Below, piece after piece: positions 1 to 11,490 of a stretch of 64,000 nucleotides of DNA (position 1 is the first letter of the stretch; the number at the start of each line of letters is the position of its first letter). The position numbers were made by a program, and so were the translations under genes. The stretch is from Azolla caroliniana. Taxonomy: Eukaryota; Plantae; Polypodiophyta. Location: the NCBI GenBank assembly GCA_043228905.1, contig JBHGNT010000003.1:5704001-5768000 (forward strand). Direction: 5' to 3'. A model generated the notes under the pieces. It made no database searches, was not told the origin of the DNA, and saw only the letters and a list, made by a program, of their open reading frames with translations.

Positions 1-407
1 CGCGCGCTAGAAGGAACGAAGTGCTGTCGGACTGGGACCGAGCTCTTCTTCTCTGTCGTTGTCCATAGCTTTCTTTTGCGTAGGTTCTCATGAGGCTGAT
101 TCTGCTCCGTGGAACACCCGTTTACTTCTGCCAGAATCTCCATCTTGCTCTCCTGTGTGCGTGGGTGATCAGGCGTCGTCATCCACCTCGCCGACCTGAT
201 CGGTTGTAACCGTTCGAGTCGTCTGCATACATACAAATACATGCCTATATTTACATACATACTCTAGTGTTCTCAACTCGCGTCTCCTGTGTTGTTGTGC
301 CGCGTCTCTCTCTCTCTCTCTCTCTCTCTCTTTTCCTCACCTATTCCTCGATCCAAGACCCCAGTGGTCCCGCCTTGTTCTCCACGCACGCGCGTAACAA
401 CGCGACA
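1..407 (+). mobile_element. Partial LTR (3' end) of the tRNA-Trp-primed Gypsy family, inserted into a Copia remnant
   Basis: Reverse complement closely matches the first ~420 bp of the LTRs at 3607 and 8854. It ends ...AACAACGCGACA at 407 and no PBS follows, so it is a 3' or solo LTR. Confidence 0.85.
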
Positions 408-870
408 GCGGTTCTGGCTTGGTTGGTGTCGAGGATGAACATTCTCCCTTCATGGTGCCCTTGCACGATAATTTGCCCTTCCTCATCGATGTAGCACCCG
501 AGGTGCGTGAATCGAACTTGCATCCCCTAGTCGACGATTTGACCGACCGACCCCAGGTTCTTGGTTATTGTCAGTATTTGCAACATGTTCATGAGTTTCC
601 CTTTCTGCCCGACGTGGTTGAGGGGAACTTCGTCGACATTTTTGATGGTATGCAGAGTGTCGTTTCCAGTTTCGACCACTCCTTGCTTTTCCGGTTTCTC
701 CAGGTACGAGAACCATTCCTCGTGACTTGTCATATGATTCAACGCTCCAGAATCAACATACCACACCTTACTTGGCCGATCACATTGGCCTTGTGCTTCA
801 TTACAAAGGCTGGGTCCGATCCATTTTCGGCTCGTTCGGAGCCCTCGACGTAGTGCAATTTCTGACGCCT
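408..870 (-). mobile_element. Ty1/Copia pol remnant (protease and GAG-pre-integrase region)
   Basis: ORF 527..766 carries WYVDSGALNHMT (Copia aspartic protease motif). It continues, frameshifted, into KNLGSVGQIVD and GRMFILDT. Confidence 0.8.
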
Positions 871-1119
871 TCCTGCGTCTCTTCCGCTCGATTTGGCTTT
901 GTCCGAATCAGCTCTATTTTTCTAGCACTCACTCTCTATGTGGCCTTTCTTGCCACAATACTAGCAATCCGTCACGACCTTCTCTTGCCGGCTTCCGACA
1001 CCGCTATGACTCCCCCTGCTTCCGGTGGGTTCGGAATTGCTTGCGACATTTCGATTATGCCGCACGTTTTGCTCTTTTCGGCCGCCTCCATTGCACGCCA
1101 ATGCCACGAACGGGTGGAA

Positions 1120-1586
1120 TGAGGCTAAGTACTAAGAGAGAGCGAGAGCATAAGCAAGATCACAAGATTGTCAAGGACAAGTAGACGAGGCTTAATATTA
1201 AGAGATAGCGGGAGAGAGCATAGACAAGAGAACAAGCAAGAGAGAGGATGGACAAATAAACAAGAACTGTATATGCTTTCATAACTGGTGTTGTTCACCT
1301 TGATTGTAATCAAGGTGCACCCCAGTATTTATACAAGAATGTGGAGGTATGCATGAAAGCTAGAAGACTTCCAGAGAGTGCATGGAAACTTCTAGAGAGT
1401 GCATGAAAATGCATTCTCTAGAAGGTTCTTGAAAGTTCTAGTGATCAATCTAGAATGAAATAAGTTGAGTCTTACACCATATAATAATGCATAGATGGAT
1501 GTAGCTCAATTGGTAAGGTTGCCCAATAAGTCCAGAAGGTCATGGGTTCAACCCCCACCATTCCATGTGGCATCTTGTCTATGACA
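1120..1586 (-). mobile_element. 3' LTR of a chromovirus (Ty3/Gypsy, Tcn1-like)
   Basis: On the minus strand the PPT AGAGGGAGGA-TAA is followed by TGTCATAGAC at 1586, there is a TATAAATA at 1326-1333, and a candidate CA end lies at 1120. The left boundary is approximate. Confidence 0.7.
1420..1439. promoter_or_regulatory. Perfect 4-unit heat shock element in chromovirus LTR
   Basis: aGAAggTTCttGAAagTTCt matches alternating nGAAn/nTTCn pentamers, about 90 bp upstream of the LTR TATA box. Confidence 0.65.
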
Positions 1587-3250
1587 TTATCCTCCCTCTA
1601 AGGCCGCCTCCTTGCACCCGGTTTTTGTGGATAACGTTCATGAAATGCTCGAACTATGTCTGGGGCATGCTTGAGATGATGTGTCGATTCCCATGTTGCT
1701 TCGGAGATCGGGTACCCTTTCTAGAGGTCAAGGTATTCAAGTTGGCGATGGAAGAGACGAGAGTTGAGAATTTGGTCGACCTCATATTCTTCTCCGGTTG
1801 AGAGTTGGATTGGTGGTGGAGGAGTTGGGTGTCGACCGGGTATTTCAGATATATGGCGAGGTTCTAGAAGGGAGACATGGAATACATTATGAATACGAAT
1901 GTGGGATGGTAGCTCTAAGCAGACAGCCATGGAACCAATTTTCTCAATGATTTGGAAAGGTTCTAACTTCTTGTAATCAATCTTCGAACAATGGAAAGTC
2001 TCCTACCTCGAACTGGGGAGCATCTAAGCGATGACGGTCAGCTTGCTCCTTGTAGCGTTCACCAGCGAGGGTGAGCTCCAAGGAAAGATTGCGATGTACA
2101 TCCTCCAAGAGACGTGCCCACTCCTCCGCAGAAGGATTGACAGAGTCAGAGGGAAGCGAAATGTTGAAGTGGGGGTGGAGACCGTAGTTGGCGAAAAATG
2201 GAGTAACTCCCGTAGATGCATGAGTTGTTGTAGGTGAACTCGGCAAGTGGGAGAAGGTCAACCCAGTTGTCTTGTTGGTAACTAAGAGAGTATCGTAAGT
2301 ATTGTTCCAAGATTTGGTTAACCCGCTCCGTTTGTCCATTAGTTTGTGGATGATAAGCAGAAGATAGATTAACAGTACAACCGAAGGTTTGCAGAAGGCG
2401 CCGCCAGAAACTGGAAACAAATTGTGGTCTTCGATAAGAAGTGATAGCGTTCGGGAGTCCATGTAGTCGAACCACATTTTTGAAGAACAAATCGGTTGTC
2501 TTCTCTCCGGTAATGGTTTTGGCACATGGAGCAAAATGAGCCATCTTGGTGAAGCGATTGACCATTATGAGTACAGAGTCATAACCACCAACAAAGGGAA
2601 GTTCAATGATGAAATCCATGGAAAGAGAGGCCCAAGGCCGTTTGGGGATTGGGAGAGGGCGAAGGAGACCATATGGTTGATGATGAGATGCTTTAGAGGA
2701 AGCACAAATGTCGCGTGACTTAACGAACTCTTTGACCAATTTCCATGGTTGTGGCCACTAGTATCCCTGAGATATCAACTCCAAGGTTTTCGTAACACCA
2801 AAATGATCAACAAGTGGATCATCGTGACACTCATGAAGCACCCTTGTCCGACAAGGACCTTCTAGGACATACAAAAGATTATCTCAAAAAGAAAGATTAT
2901 CCTGAATTGTAAAACGAGCTAAATCAGGCCTTTTGGGTTCATGGGAGGGTTTTGTGATACTTGCCTTGACCTCTGTGGCGAACTTGTTAGTCGTAGTGGC
3001 TTCTGCTATTTTCTTGAGGAAAGAGTCATCTCGGAGCAAGCAAGTCGCGAAGTTGTAGATTGGTTAGGCTTTAACAAACTTTGGGACTGCTGAACATAGG
3101 CTTCATCCTCCATAGTGACCTCGAACTCAGACCAACGGGATAAGACATTGGTCTTCGTGTGTTGGGCGCCGGGTCGAAAGATTATCTCAAAATCATAGTC
3201 TACCAAGAAGGTCAACCATCGCGCCTATCTACGATTTAAGGTTCGTGCGA
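1587..3250 (-). mobile_element. Degenerate chromovirus pol: RNase H end, integrase and chromodomain
   Basis: Motifs FLVDYDFEIIFRPG, WASLSMDFI, SAYHPQTNGQTERVNQILEQYLR, IHNVFHVSLL and chromodomain EEYEVDQILNSR...LEYL, with stops and frameshifts. Confidence 0.9.
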
Positions 3251-3407
3251 GAGGGAGTGGAAGAAAATGAATTTGTCCTAGCAAAGATCCATACTGACGA
3301 AAATAGATCAGACATGCTTACTGAAATTTTATCTATGGAAAAACTTGTTGTATGCCGGCGAAGGATTGGTTTGGTTGATTCTCCCATACATGAGTGAAGG
3401 GGGAGTT
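3250..3407 (+). mobile_element. Copia RNase H C-terminus and PPT
   Basis: Translates as ...LAKIHTDENRSDMLTEIL...RRIGLV, followed by the PPT GAAGGGGGAG and a TG LTR start at 3408. Confidence 0.8.
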
Positions 3408-3606
3408 TGTTATGTAAGATTCTCCCTCCTTACGTGGGAGTCAGCCAAAACGCCGAAGCCAAATTCTATTGGCTGGAATTGGCCGAAGAGCTGAATTGTG
3501 ACACGGCTAGTCAAAATCATGCCTAACACCCAAACAGAGACACGGCACGGCCAAAAAGCCGAACCGTGTTGAGCAACCGTACCAAGACATGGCACGGCCG
3601 AACCGT

Positions 3607-6600
3607 TGTCGTGTTGTTACGCACGTGCGTGGAGAACAAGGCGGGACCACCGGGGTCTTGGACCGAGGAGTAGGTGAGAAAAGGGAGAGAGAGAGAGACG
3701 CTCACACACGTATAGACAAAGAAGCGCACGGGAACGTGGCCCAACAACACAGGAGACACGAGTTGAGCCGGAGATAGAGTATAAGAACACTAGTGTATGT
3801 ATATAAATATGTGTACGTATTTGTATGTATGCAGAGGACTTGAACGGTTACATCCGATCAGGTCGGCGAGATGGATGTCGACGCCTGATCACCCACGCAC
3901 ACAGGAGAGCAAGATGGAGATTCCTCCGAAAGCACACGGGCGTTCCACGGAGCAGAATCAGCCTCTCGAGAACCTATGCACAAGAAAGCTATGGAGAACG
4001 ACAGAGAAGAGCTCGGTCCCAGTCCAACAGCACTTCGTCCCCTCTAGCGCGCGATACCTTCTCTCCCCGTCTCCCTCTCTTTTATAGCTCAAGGAGGGAG
4101 GCCGTTTTCACCCGTTTACATCACATTAATTCTCTGTCCTTTCAGAAAGAGATACTCCTCGATTCTCCCTATAGAATATTCCTACCTAGGATTTGACTTT
4201 TGTGCCTACCTATCTACTATACAAAAAGGGGCGTGCCCACGTGTAAGGGCCGGTTCACACACGCTATAGACGGTTTGCGCCTGGGGACGGTTTTCTTCAC
4301 GACATCCGCCCCCACCTAACCGCGCATCCACCGGTATGCACCAAAATTGGGTTCCTACTGGAGAAAACCGGTCCTTGCTTTTATTCCTTGTTTACCGGTT
4401 CGTCCTCCGCCTCGGGCTGCTCGTCGTTGTTGTCCATGCCCCCTAGCTCTGGCTCACTGTCGTGTCGTTTCTTGATCGCTTTGATCCTCTTCCCCGCTAC
4501 TGGTATCGTCATTCTCGTACCGTCGAGCTCCACGAGATGGTACGTCCAATTGTTGTTGGCGCCTGTTACTACGTAAGGCCTGAACCACCTCCTCGCAAAC
4601 TTCCGCGTGGCCCTGTGCTGATTGTCGAGGCTGCTGTCGAAGACTAGCACCCAATCGCCTTCCTCGATCTTCCTTGGCCGGAGCCGGTGTGTTCGGTCGA
4701 ACCGGGCTTTGTTCCTCATCCTTGCTACCCGAATTTTCTCCGCGGCTCGTTCTACGTCCTCCGGCCTCCACTCGAGCTGTCGAATCCGCGCCGCCAACAA
4801 TTCCTCCCGGCTCATCTCATCCCTCCAGTCCACCGTGGCCCACGAGGAGATCGTTCGCTCTGTTTGCATGATCGGCTTTTGTCCGAACATAAGCTCTGCC
4901 AGCATGAACCCGGTTACCGAACTGTGCGTAGTCCGGTCCGCCCACAAGGCGTAAGGTAGCAGTCGTGGCCAGTTCCCGACTTGGCCTCCGCACGCCCGTA
5001 CTAGCGCTTTGACAATCGGCCTGTGTCCGCGCTCTACCTTCCCGTTCGCCTCCGGATTGTACGTTGTGGTGAGCGAAAGTTTGACTCCTAGCCTGTCGAA
5101 CAGCTCTTCGGCCTCTTCTGTGTCCAACTCACCACGGTCAGCCACGATCTTCCCTACGCACCCGTATCAACATACCACGTCCTCAATCAAAAACTGGCAC
5201 ACGGCTGCAGTCGTCTTGTTCTGCAGGGCTCGGCCTTCAACCTGGTTCGTTAGATCCTCTCGAGCCAGCACCAGATACCGCATCTGTCCTACCCCCATTG
5301 GCATCGTCACCAAATCCACCATTCCCTTGAAGTGGACGGTCGGAGGGTAGGTCGGGCGAAGCTCGTCCCGGTATCGGATCATGGATTCCACGTTCGAATG
5401 TGGCCCACGTTCCACGGTGTCCAGCCCAAGGACTATCATGGTACGCCGCCAGCAAAACCTCCAGTTCCTCCTTCTTCGCCACCACTCGGAGCGGGATGTC
5501 ATTCCTCTTCTTCGGGTGCTTCCATATGTACCCGTCACGGAGAAGAAATCGGTACGCTTTCTTCCAAATCCGGTTGGCCTCATCCTTTGTCCATGCCGCG
5601 TCCGGTGTCATTGTTTTCAAGAACCTGCCGATCTGCAGGCACTCCCCGTCGTACCTGCTCTCGTCGAAATCGTTAAGCGTTGGAGTGCATTCCCTACCGG
5701 TTGTTACGTAAGCCGCCTTGAAGAAGTCCACGCCGACTTCCTCGTCCTCCGAAACCATGCCGCCCTCGTTTTCGAACCTCGCCCTTGAAAGCATGTCGGC
5801 CATGGCATTGTCTTTCCCGGAAATGTGTCGTATTTCCGGATTANNNNNNNNNNNNNNNNNNNNNNNNNNNNNNNNNNNNNNNNNNNNNNNNNNNNNNNNN
5901 NNNNNNNNNNNNNNNNNNNNNNNNNNNNNNNNNNNNNNNNNNNACACGGTAAACCACTGATTCGAGTATGGGGCACTCGACGGTTCAAGGATGCCATCTC
6001 GACCTTCTGTTTTAACAGCTCCATCAGCTTTGGGGTGTGAGCTTTGGGTACTGGAATCGGTCTGAGACTCCACGACACATGCGGTACTGTGAATATCTCC
6101 ATCAGTTCTACGACTGTCGGCTCTGCACACCCGATCTCCTCCGGTGAGAATGCGAAGGCCTTCCCGTACCTTCCGAGCATTCCCCGAAACCGGTCCTCTT
6201 CCGCCAGCAGTAGGAAGCCGCCCACACCGATTTTGAGCTCACGTAGCGTTATGTTGGTGAACGTGTGTCCTATGCGGGCCAGATTTCGTAAACTCGGGTC
6301 CGACGCAACCCCCTTTATTCGCAACTCGTTGCCCTCCGGCAAGGGAGCTGCGACTGGCCTCACCTTCCAGTCCACAATCTTGTACCTCGTGTCCACCCGG
6401 GCCGTCCTATCCGACTCGAGCCCTCTACTGAAGTCCGCGATGACTTCGTACATCCTTTCTGAACATACCGGAATCGTTCGGTCCTCTTTAATGACTCCTC
6501 TGACTACCTCTCGCAGCTCCCCCAAGGTATCGTCGAAAGAGACCGCCTCCACGGCTCCGTTGATTTCCTCTCCAGGGCCAAGGATACCACATGCCCGAAG

Positions 6601-9553
6601 TCGCTCCTCCACCCCTTTCTTCTTCCAGCCAACGACGTCGACTATCGTACACCCTCCGTTGTCGGAGAACCAATATTTCCTACTTTTAGTACAGGTCTTC
6701 TTTGCTATCGTACACTTGTGGGGTTTTCCCGGAGTGTCCGGACTATCACAGCCCCACGCCTTGATAGCCCTCTCTAAAAATCCTCTCGGCTTTCGCCCCC
6801 GAGGGTCTCGCGGGTCCGCTCATGGTTCGGTCTCACCGTCAGGAACTGGACCGAGTGACGCCCATCCTGGCTCTTGATCCTTGCATAGGCCGAGCCGTTG
6901 TCCAGCACCTTGGTCTCCATCCGTGCTGCCGTGATGTACGGTTCTCCTAGTATAACCGGATGTGAGGACGTCTCTTGCACAAAGAAGTGTTGGTCAATCT
7001 CGACATCGCCGATCTTTACTCGTACATTTGGGAAGGCTCCATGCAGTTCTTCGGTGGCACGCGTCGCTGCCCGTATTTTCCACCTGTGCTTGGTGTTGAT
7101 CGGCCATTTCCCCTTCTTGTAGAAGTCCATGGACATCAAATTGATTTCTGAACCGTGGTCCACCAACGCCACCACCAGAACATGAACATCTCCGATCTTC
7201 ACGGGGGTCTCCGTGTTCGCTCTAGCCCAGTGCGGCCTCAAATAGTGGCTCTCCACCAACTTGTCTTCCAGCGCCATGTCCTCTATGTGCATCGTCCGCA
7301 CCTCCACCGGCTTCCCCGGTTCTGTCTCCATCGACAGCCTCTTCCTCTTAAGTCCTTCTTGGCGATCCCGAGCACTTCCCTCAGCGTCAGTTCCACCTTG
7401 CTGTCGAGGATTCGTTCTTCCAGGACCTTTCGCAGGTCCGTGGATCTTTCAATTACTGTGCCCAGCCGGTACCCGCCCCTCTTGGGATTATCCTGGGCGC
7501 CGGTTACACCAGCCTCATTCCACCTTTGCCCGAATCGGGTTTCATATTGTTGTGAGGGCCCGACCCCTCCGGTTTTCCCTATCCGCTTGTCCTCCACCAG
7601 AGCCTCGTAGTTTTGACAAGCGGCTTCGACGAAGCCCGTCTTTTCTTCCACCGGGTCACTCCACCCGGTTACCTCCCGAACCCGTTTTTCCGCGCGGTCC
7701 GCCTCTTCTTTCCTTAGTCGTGCGCCGGCAAGGCCTTCTAGCATCGTCGGCCAGAACCCGGCTTTGTTGGTCTTTGGGGCCTCGCCACCTCCGACCCGAA
7801 TACCAGCCAGCGCCGAATAGTGGACGGTGTCCGCGTGACGAGCCGCCGCCTCCTCCATCAGCCTTTTCATACCTCCTCGCCCGACGTTCAGGTCCAGGGG
7901 CCTTCGGGTCTCGCTGTCGTGCACCCGACCGTTCCACAGGTACACCACGTTGCTTCTCATTGCCTCGGCGAAGTCCCCGCAGTCCTTCCGTATGTGGCCA
8001 ACCGTGTCACACCACATGCACCTATTTCCAGCCAGAGGTCGTCGGTCATGGGCCTGTTTGCCACTGTCCCTCCGTGCCTGGGCGATCTGGAGATCCTTTA
8101 CCATCCGCGTCAATTCCTCCAGAGCTGCTCCCCCGGGCGAGCCCTTGACCATGTCGGTCGAAGCTGATCCGGTCTCGAGCCAATCTCGGGTCTCTTCCCT
8201 TCACATTGGTGGTGTTGGCTCAAGCTTCCTTGCTACGACAGAGCCCGCCCCTGTCGATCCTTTGTCAACCCATTGCCGCCGTTTGTCGAAACGGCCACAT
8301 AACCTCTTCACCATGGCCCAATAGGAGGCCTACTTGCTCCTGATCCCACTCATCAACTGACTTAACAAACAATAGGACACGACTTGTGTCCAGAATGGTT
8401 CGGTCAAGCACCGAGAGGCGCGCGAAGCGTTCCTCAAACTCCTGGAGGAGCACCGACACGTTCCTTCCTTCATCGGGGGTCTCCACCCACTCCATGAAGT
8501 CCCGCTTTGAAGTCGAAGCGCATCTTGAGGTCCGTATTTTTCGAGGAGCCGACCTTCGAACTCCTCCCAGGTCCGGCTCTCGGCCCATACCTCGAGCACC
8601 TTCGTATGGATGCCCGACTCGCCACTCGAGGGAATCCGGCTAGACGCCTCTCTTCCGGAATGTCCCTCATTACCATCTCAGCCCGGTAGGACGCCAAGTA
8701 GCTCGTGGCATCCTTCCCACTAAACCGGTCGATCGTACCGACAACTGCCTCGATAGCCCTTTCAAGGGCGCCGGTGCCATGGCTTCTGCGAGGTCCGACC
8801 CCCTCATCTGCTACTCCTCTGCCGCCTGTTCACGTCGGGTTCACCAAAAGAGATGTTGCGTTGTTACGCGCGTGCGTGGAGAACAAGGCGGGACCACCGG
8901 GGTCTTGGACCGAGGAGTAGGTGAGAAAAGGGAGAGAGAGAGAGAGACGCTCACACACGTATAAACAAAGAAGCGCACGGGAACGCGGCCCAACAACACA
9001 GGAGACACGAGTTGAGCCGGAGATAGAGTATAAGAACACTAGTGTATGTATATAAATATGTGTACATATTTGTATGTATTCAGAGGACTCGAACGGTTAC
9101 AGTCGATCAGGTCGGCGAGATGGATGCCGACGCCTGATCACCCACGCACACAGGGGAGTAAGATGGAGATTCCTCCGAAAGCACACGAGCGTTCCACGGA
9201 GCAGAATCAGCCTCTCGAGAACCTGCGCAAAAGAAAGCTATGGAGAACGACAGAGAAGAGCTCGGTCCCAGTCCGACAGCACTTCGTCCCCTCTAGCGCG
9301 CGATACCTTCTCTCCCCGTCTCCCTCTCTTTTATAGCTCAAGGAGGGAGGCCGTTTTCACCCATTTACATCACATTAATTCTCTGTCCTTTCGGACAGAG
9401 ATTCTCCTCGATTCTCCCTATAGAATATTGCTACCTAGGATTTGACTTTTGTGCCTACCTATCTACTATACAAAAAGGGGTGTGCCCACATGTAAGGGCT
9501 GGTTCACACACGCTATACACGGTTTGCGCTTGGGGACGGTTTTCTTCATGACA
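3607..9553 (-). mobile_element. Full-length Ty3/Gypsy LTR retrotransposon, degenerate, with tRNA-Trp PBS and 4-bp TSD
   Basis: LTRs at 3607-4304 and 8854-9553 (about 4% different by hand count). PPT at 4305-4317; PBS TTCACGTCGGGTTCACCA at 8829-8846. Gag Zn knuckle CMWCDTVGHIRKDC, protease ALVDHGSEINLMS, integrase YNPEANGKVERGH...WPRLLPYALWADRTT. TSD CCGT/CCAT. Confidence 0.92.
5844..5943. other. Assembly gap (100 N) spanning most of the RT/RNase H region
   Basis: A run of N, flanked by the RT start (SSAPYSNQWFTV) and the RNase H end (PEIRHISGKDNAMADMLSR). Confidence 0.98.
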
Positions 9554-10255
9554 CCATGCCGAACAATCGAACTGTGACGGCTAGCCGAAGTGTGTCGAAC
9601 AAGAGTTCAAAGAAGTATATAAAGGAATATATATATATATATATATATATACATCTATATGTATTCATATATGTAAGGAAGTTAGGTTAGTATATGTATA
9701 GGCATAGTGATATAAGCTGCTTATGCATGTGGGATAAATCATTAAGCATAAAAATAGTGAGAGCAGTTATATATAGTGAACAAAAGTGTGAACAAGCGTG
9801 AGAGTGTGTAAGAGCGTGAAAAAATGTTGTGTGAACATGTTGCAAGTGCAGAACAACAGAGAGCTATCACAGTATTAGTTGTGCGACTGACATAGCTCTA
9901 AAGCTGAGTACAAAGGAAGAAAAGAAAGAAGAGAGCAACAGAAAAGAAACAAAGACAGAACAGAGAAGCTTTGCAACCTTCAAAAGAGATACATACCTAC
10001 GACTTAGGGTTTGGTGCAGTTGGCTGAAATTGTGGATTCTGAGTACATCCATACCAAATTAGGTTCTATCATTCTGTGATTGTAGTTCGTCTTGTCTCAT
10101 AGTAGAAATTTTTGTTCACCGTGGTTTTTCCTTGAAATTAGGGTTTTCCATGTAAATCGTGTGTTATTTGTTTTCATTTGTTTGTGTTTTTGTATATCTG
10201 TGGTTTACATCTGAGTGTAAAATCTATCAAACTAGCATTAGAGTGTAGGTTCTAG

Positions 10256-10996
10256 ATGGAAAGGGGCGTGAGTGGCATTTCGGGCATGATTGTCCTAAAC
10301 TCACAAAACTACTCAGACTGGAATATCAAAATGGAAGATCTTCTAATAGTCAAAAGTCTATATGAGCCTATAGAAAGGAAGGATATACCGGTAGGGGTAA
10401 TAGAACCTGAGTGGAAACTCTACATAGAAAGGCGGTAACTGTAAGACAATGTGTGGACATTAGTGTCCTACAACATGTAGCAAGTGATACCAATGCCTTC
10501 GAGTTATGGCATAAACTCGTTGCCCTTTACGAAAAGAAAAATGCCTTAAATAAAACTTCCCTAATGAGGAAAATAGTGAGACTAAAGTACGTAGATGGGG
10601 AGAGCAGTGTAGAGCACATCAATACTTTCATGGGACTGGTGAATTAGTTAGCATCAGCGAAGTTCCCGTTAGATGATACTATGCAAGCCACACTACTACT
10701 ATGTACTCTATCGGATAGTTGGGAAAACCTAATAGTGACACTCAGTACCTCATGTAAAGAAGACAACCTACCTTTACAAGTAGTAAAGACAAGTACTTTA
10801 AATAGACCTGACAAGAAGAAAGGATAAAAGTCTTGTGTCTCAATCGAAAGCTAATGTGACACAATAACTTAGTAGAGGAAAAAGCAAACACAAAAGTCCC
10901 GAAAATGGAGATAGATTTTATGCAAGGTCGAAATCTAAAGGAAGAACTACATGCTTCTATTGTGGGAAGTGTGGTCACTTCCAAAAGAATTGTCAC
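10256..10996 (+). mobile_element. Copia gag remnant, truncated after the zinc knuckle
   Basis: LNSQNYSDWNIKMEDLL and UBN2-like AFELWHKLVALYEKKN...SVEHINTF, ending in the CCHC knuckle CFYCGKCGHFQKNC. Confidence 0.85.
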
Positions 10997-11490
10997 CATG
11001 AAATGCAGGGAAAGATGTTGGAGGCCCTTGCTTTTTTTGAGGCCACTCAGAAGACCATGAGCATCAATGGATCCATCTCCTCCATGGATGAGTAGGCTCT
11101 GAGGTGTGGCATCCTGATCAGCGAGATTCTTGAGGTCCAGGAGATGGACGGCTTGGCGGCGGCCGTGAGGATGGCCATCCGTTGTTGTTGTTCTGCAATA
11201 TCTCCTAAATCCAGCATCATGTCTCTGCTGCCCCATTCCCAAGCTTGTTTCCAACTGACGTTTGAATTAGCATAATATGACCAATATGCTATTCTGTCAT
11301 TGTCTTAGATGAGGAAGAGGTTCTCAACATTGGCGAGATAATTTAAGAGATTATGAGAGGTTGAGGTTGAGATTGAAGAGAGGTTGAGTAGAGCTGCTCT
11401 CGTTTTCTCGACCTCATCTCTGATCTCATTGGAGTCTCACTCCTAATGGATGAATTGGTGTGGGGGTGGGAGGAGGTGAGGCTTCTCCAT
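10997..11490 (-). pseudogene. Truncated pseudogene paralog of the LRR-Roc-COR gene (N-terminal part only)
   Basis: From the ATG at 11490: MEKPHLLPPPHQFIH*E*DSNEIRDEVEKTR...NVENLFLI*, then HLLDLKNL..DATPQSLLIHGGDGSIDAHGLLSGLKK...LQHLSLHFM. This aligns with the N-terminus of the 21979..23166 ORF, and the DNA at 10997-11175 matches 22600-22836. Confidence 0.85.

Larger units (their letters stand above)
3408..10229 (+). mobile_element. Copia LTR (3408-3606 plus 9558-10229) split by the Gypsy insertion
   Basis: TG start after a PPT. GCCGAACCGT-type repeats continue across the insertion. It ends TATCA at 10229, followed by a degenerate Met-i PBS (TAGCATTAGAGT, 10233-10244). Confidence 0.7.

Noticed and set aside
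3797-4196. Duplicated ORFs at 3797/3825 and 9046/9074, and at 29678/34366
   Set aside because: They lie wholly within paired LTRs, so LTR identity explains the duplication.
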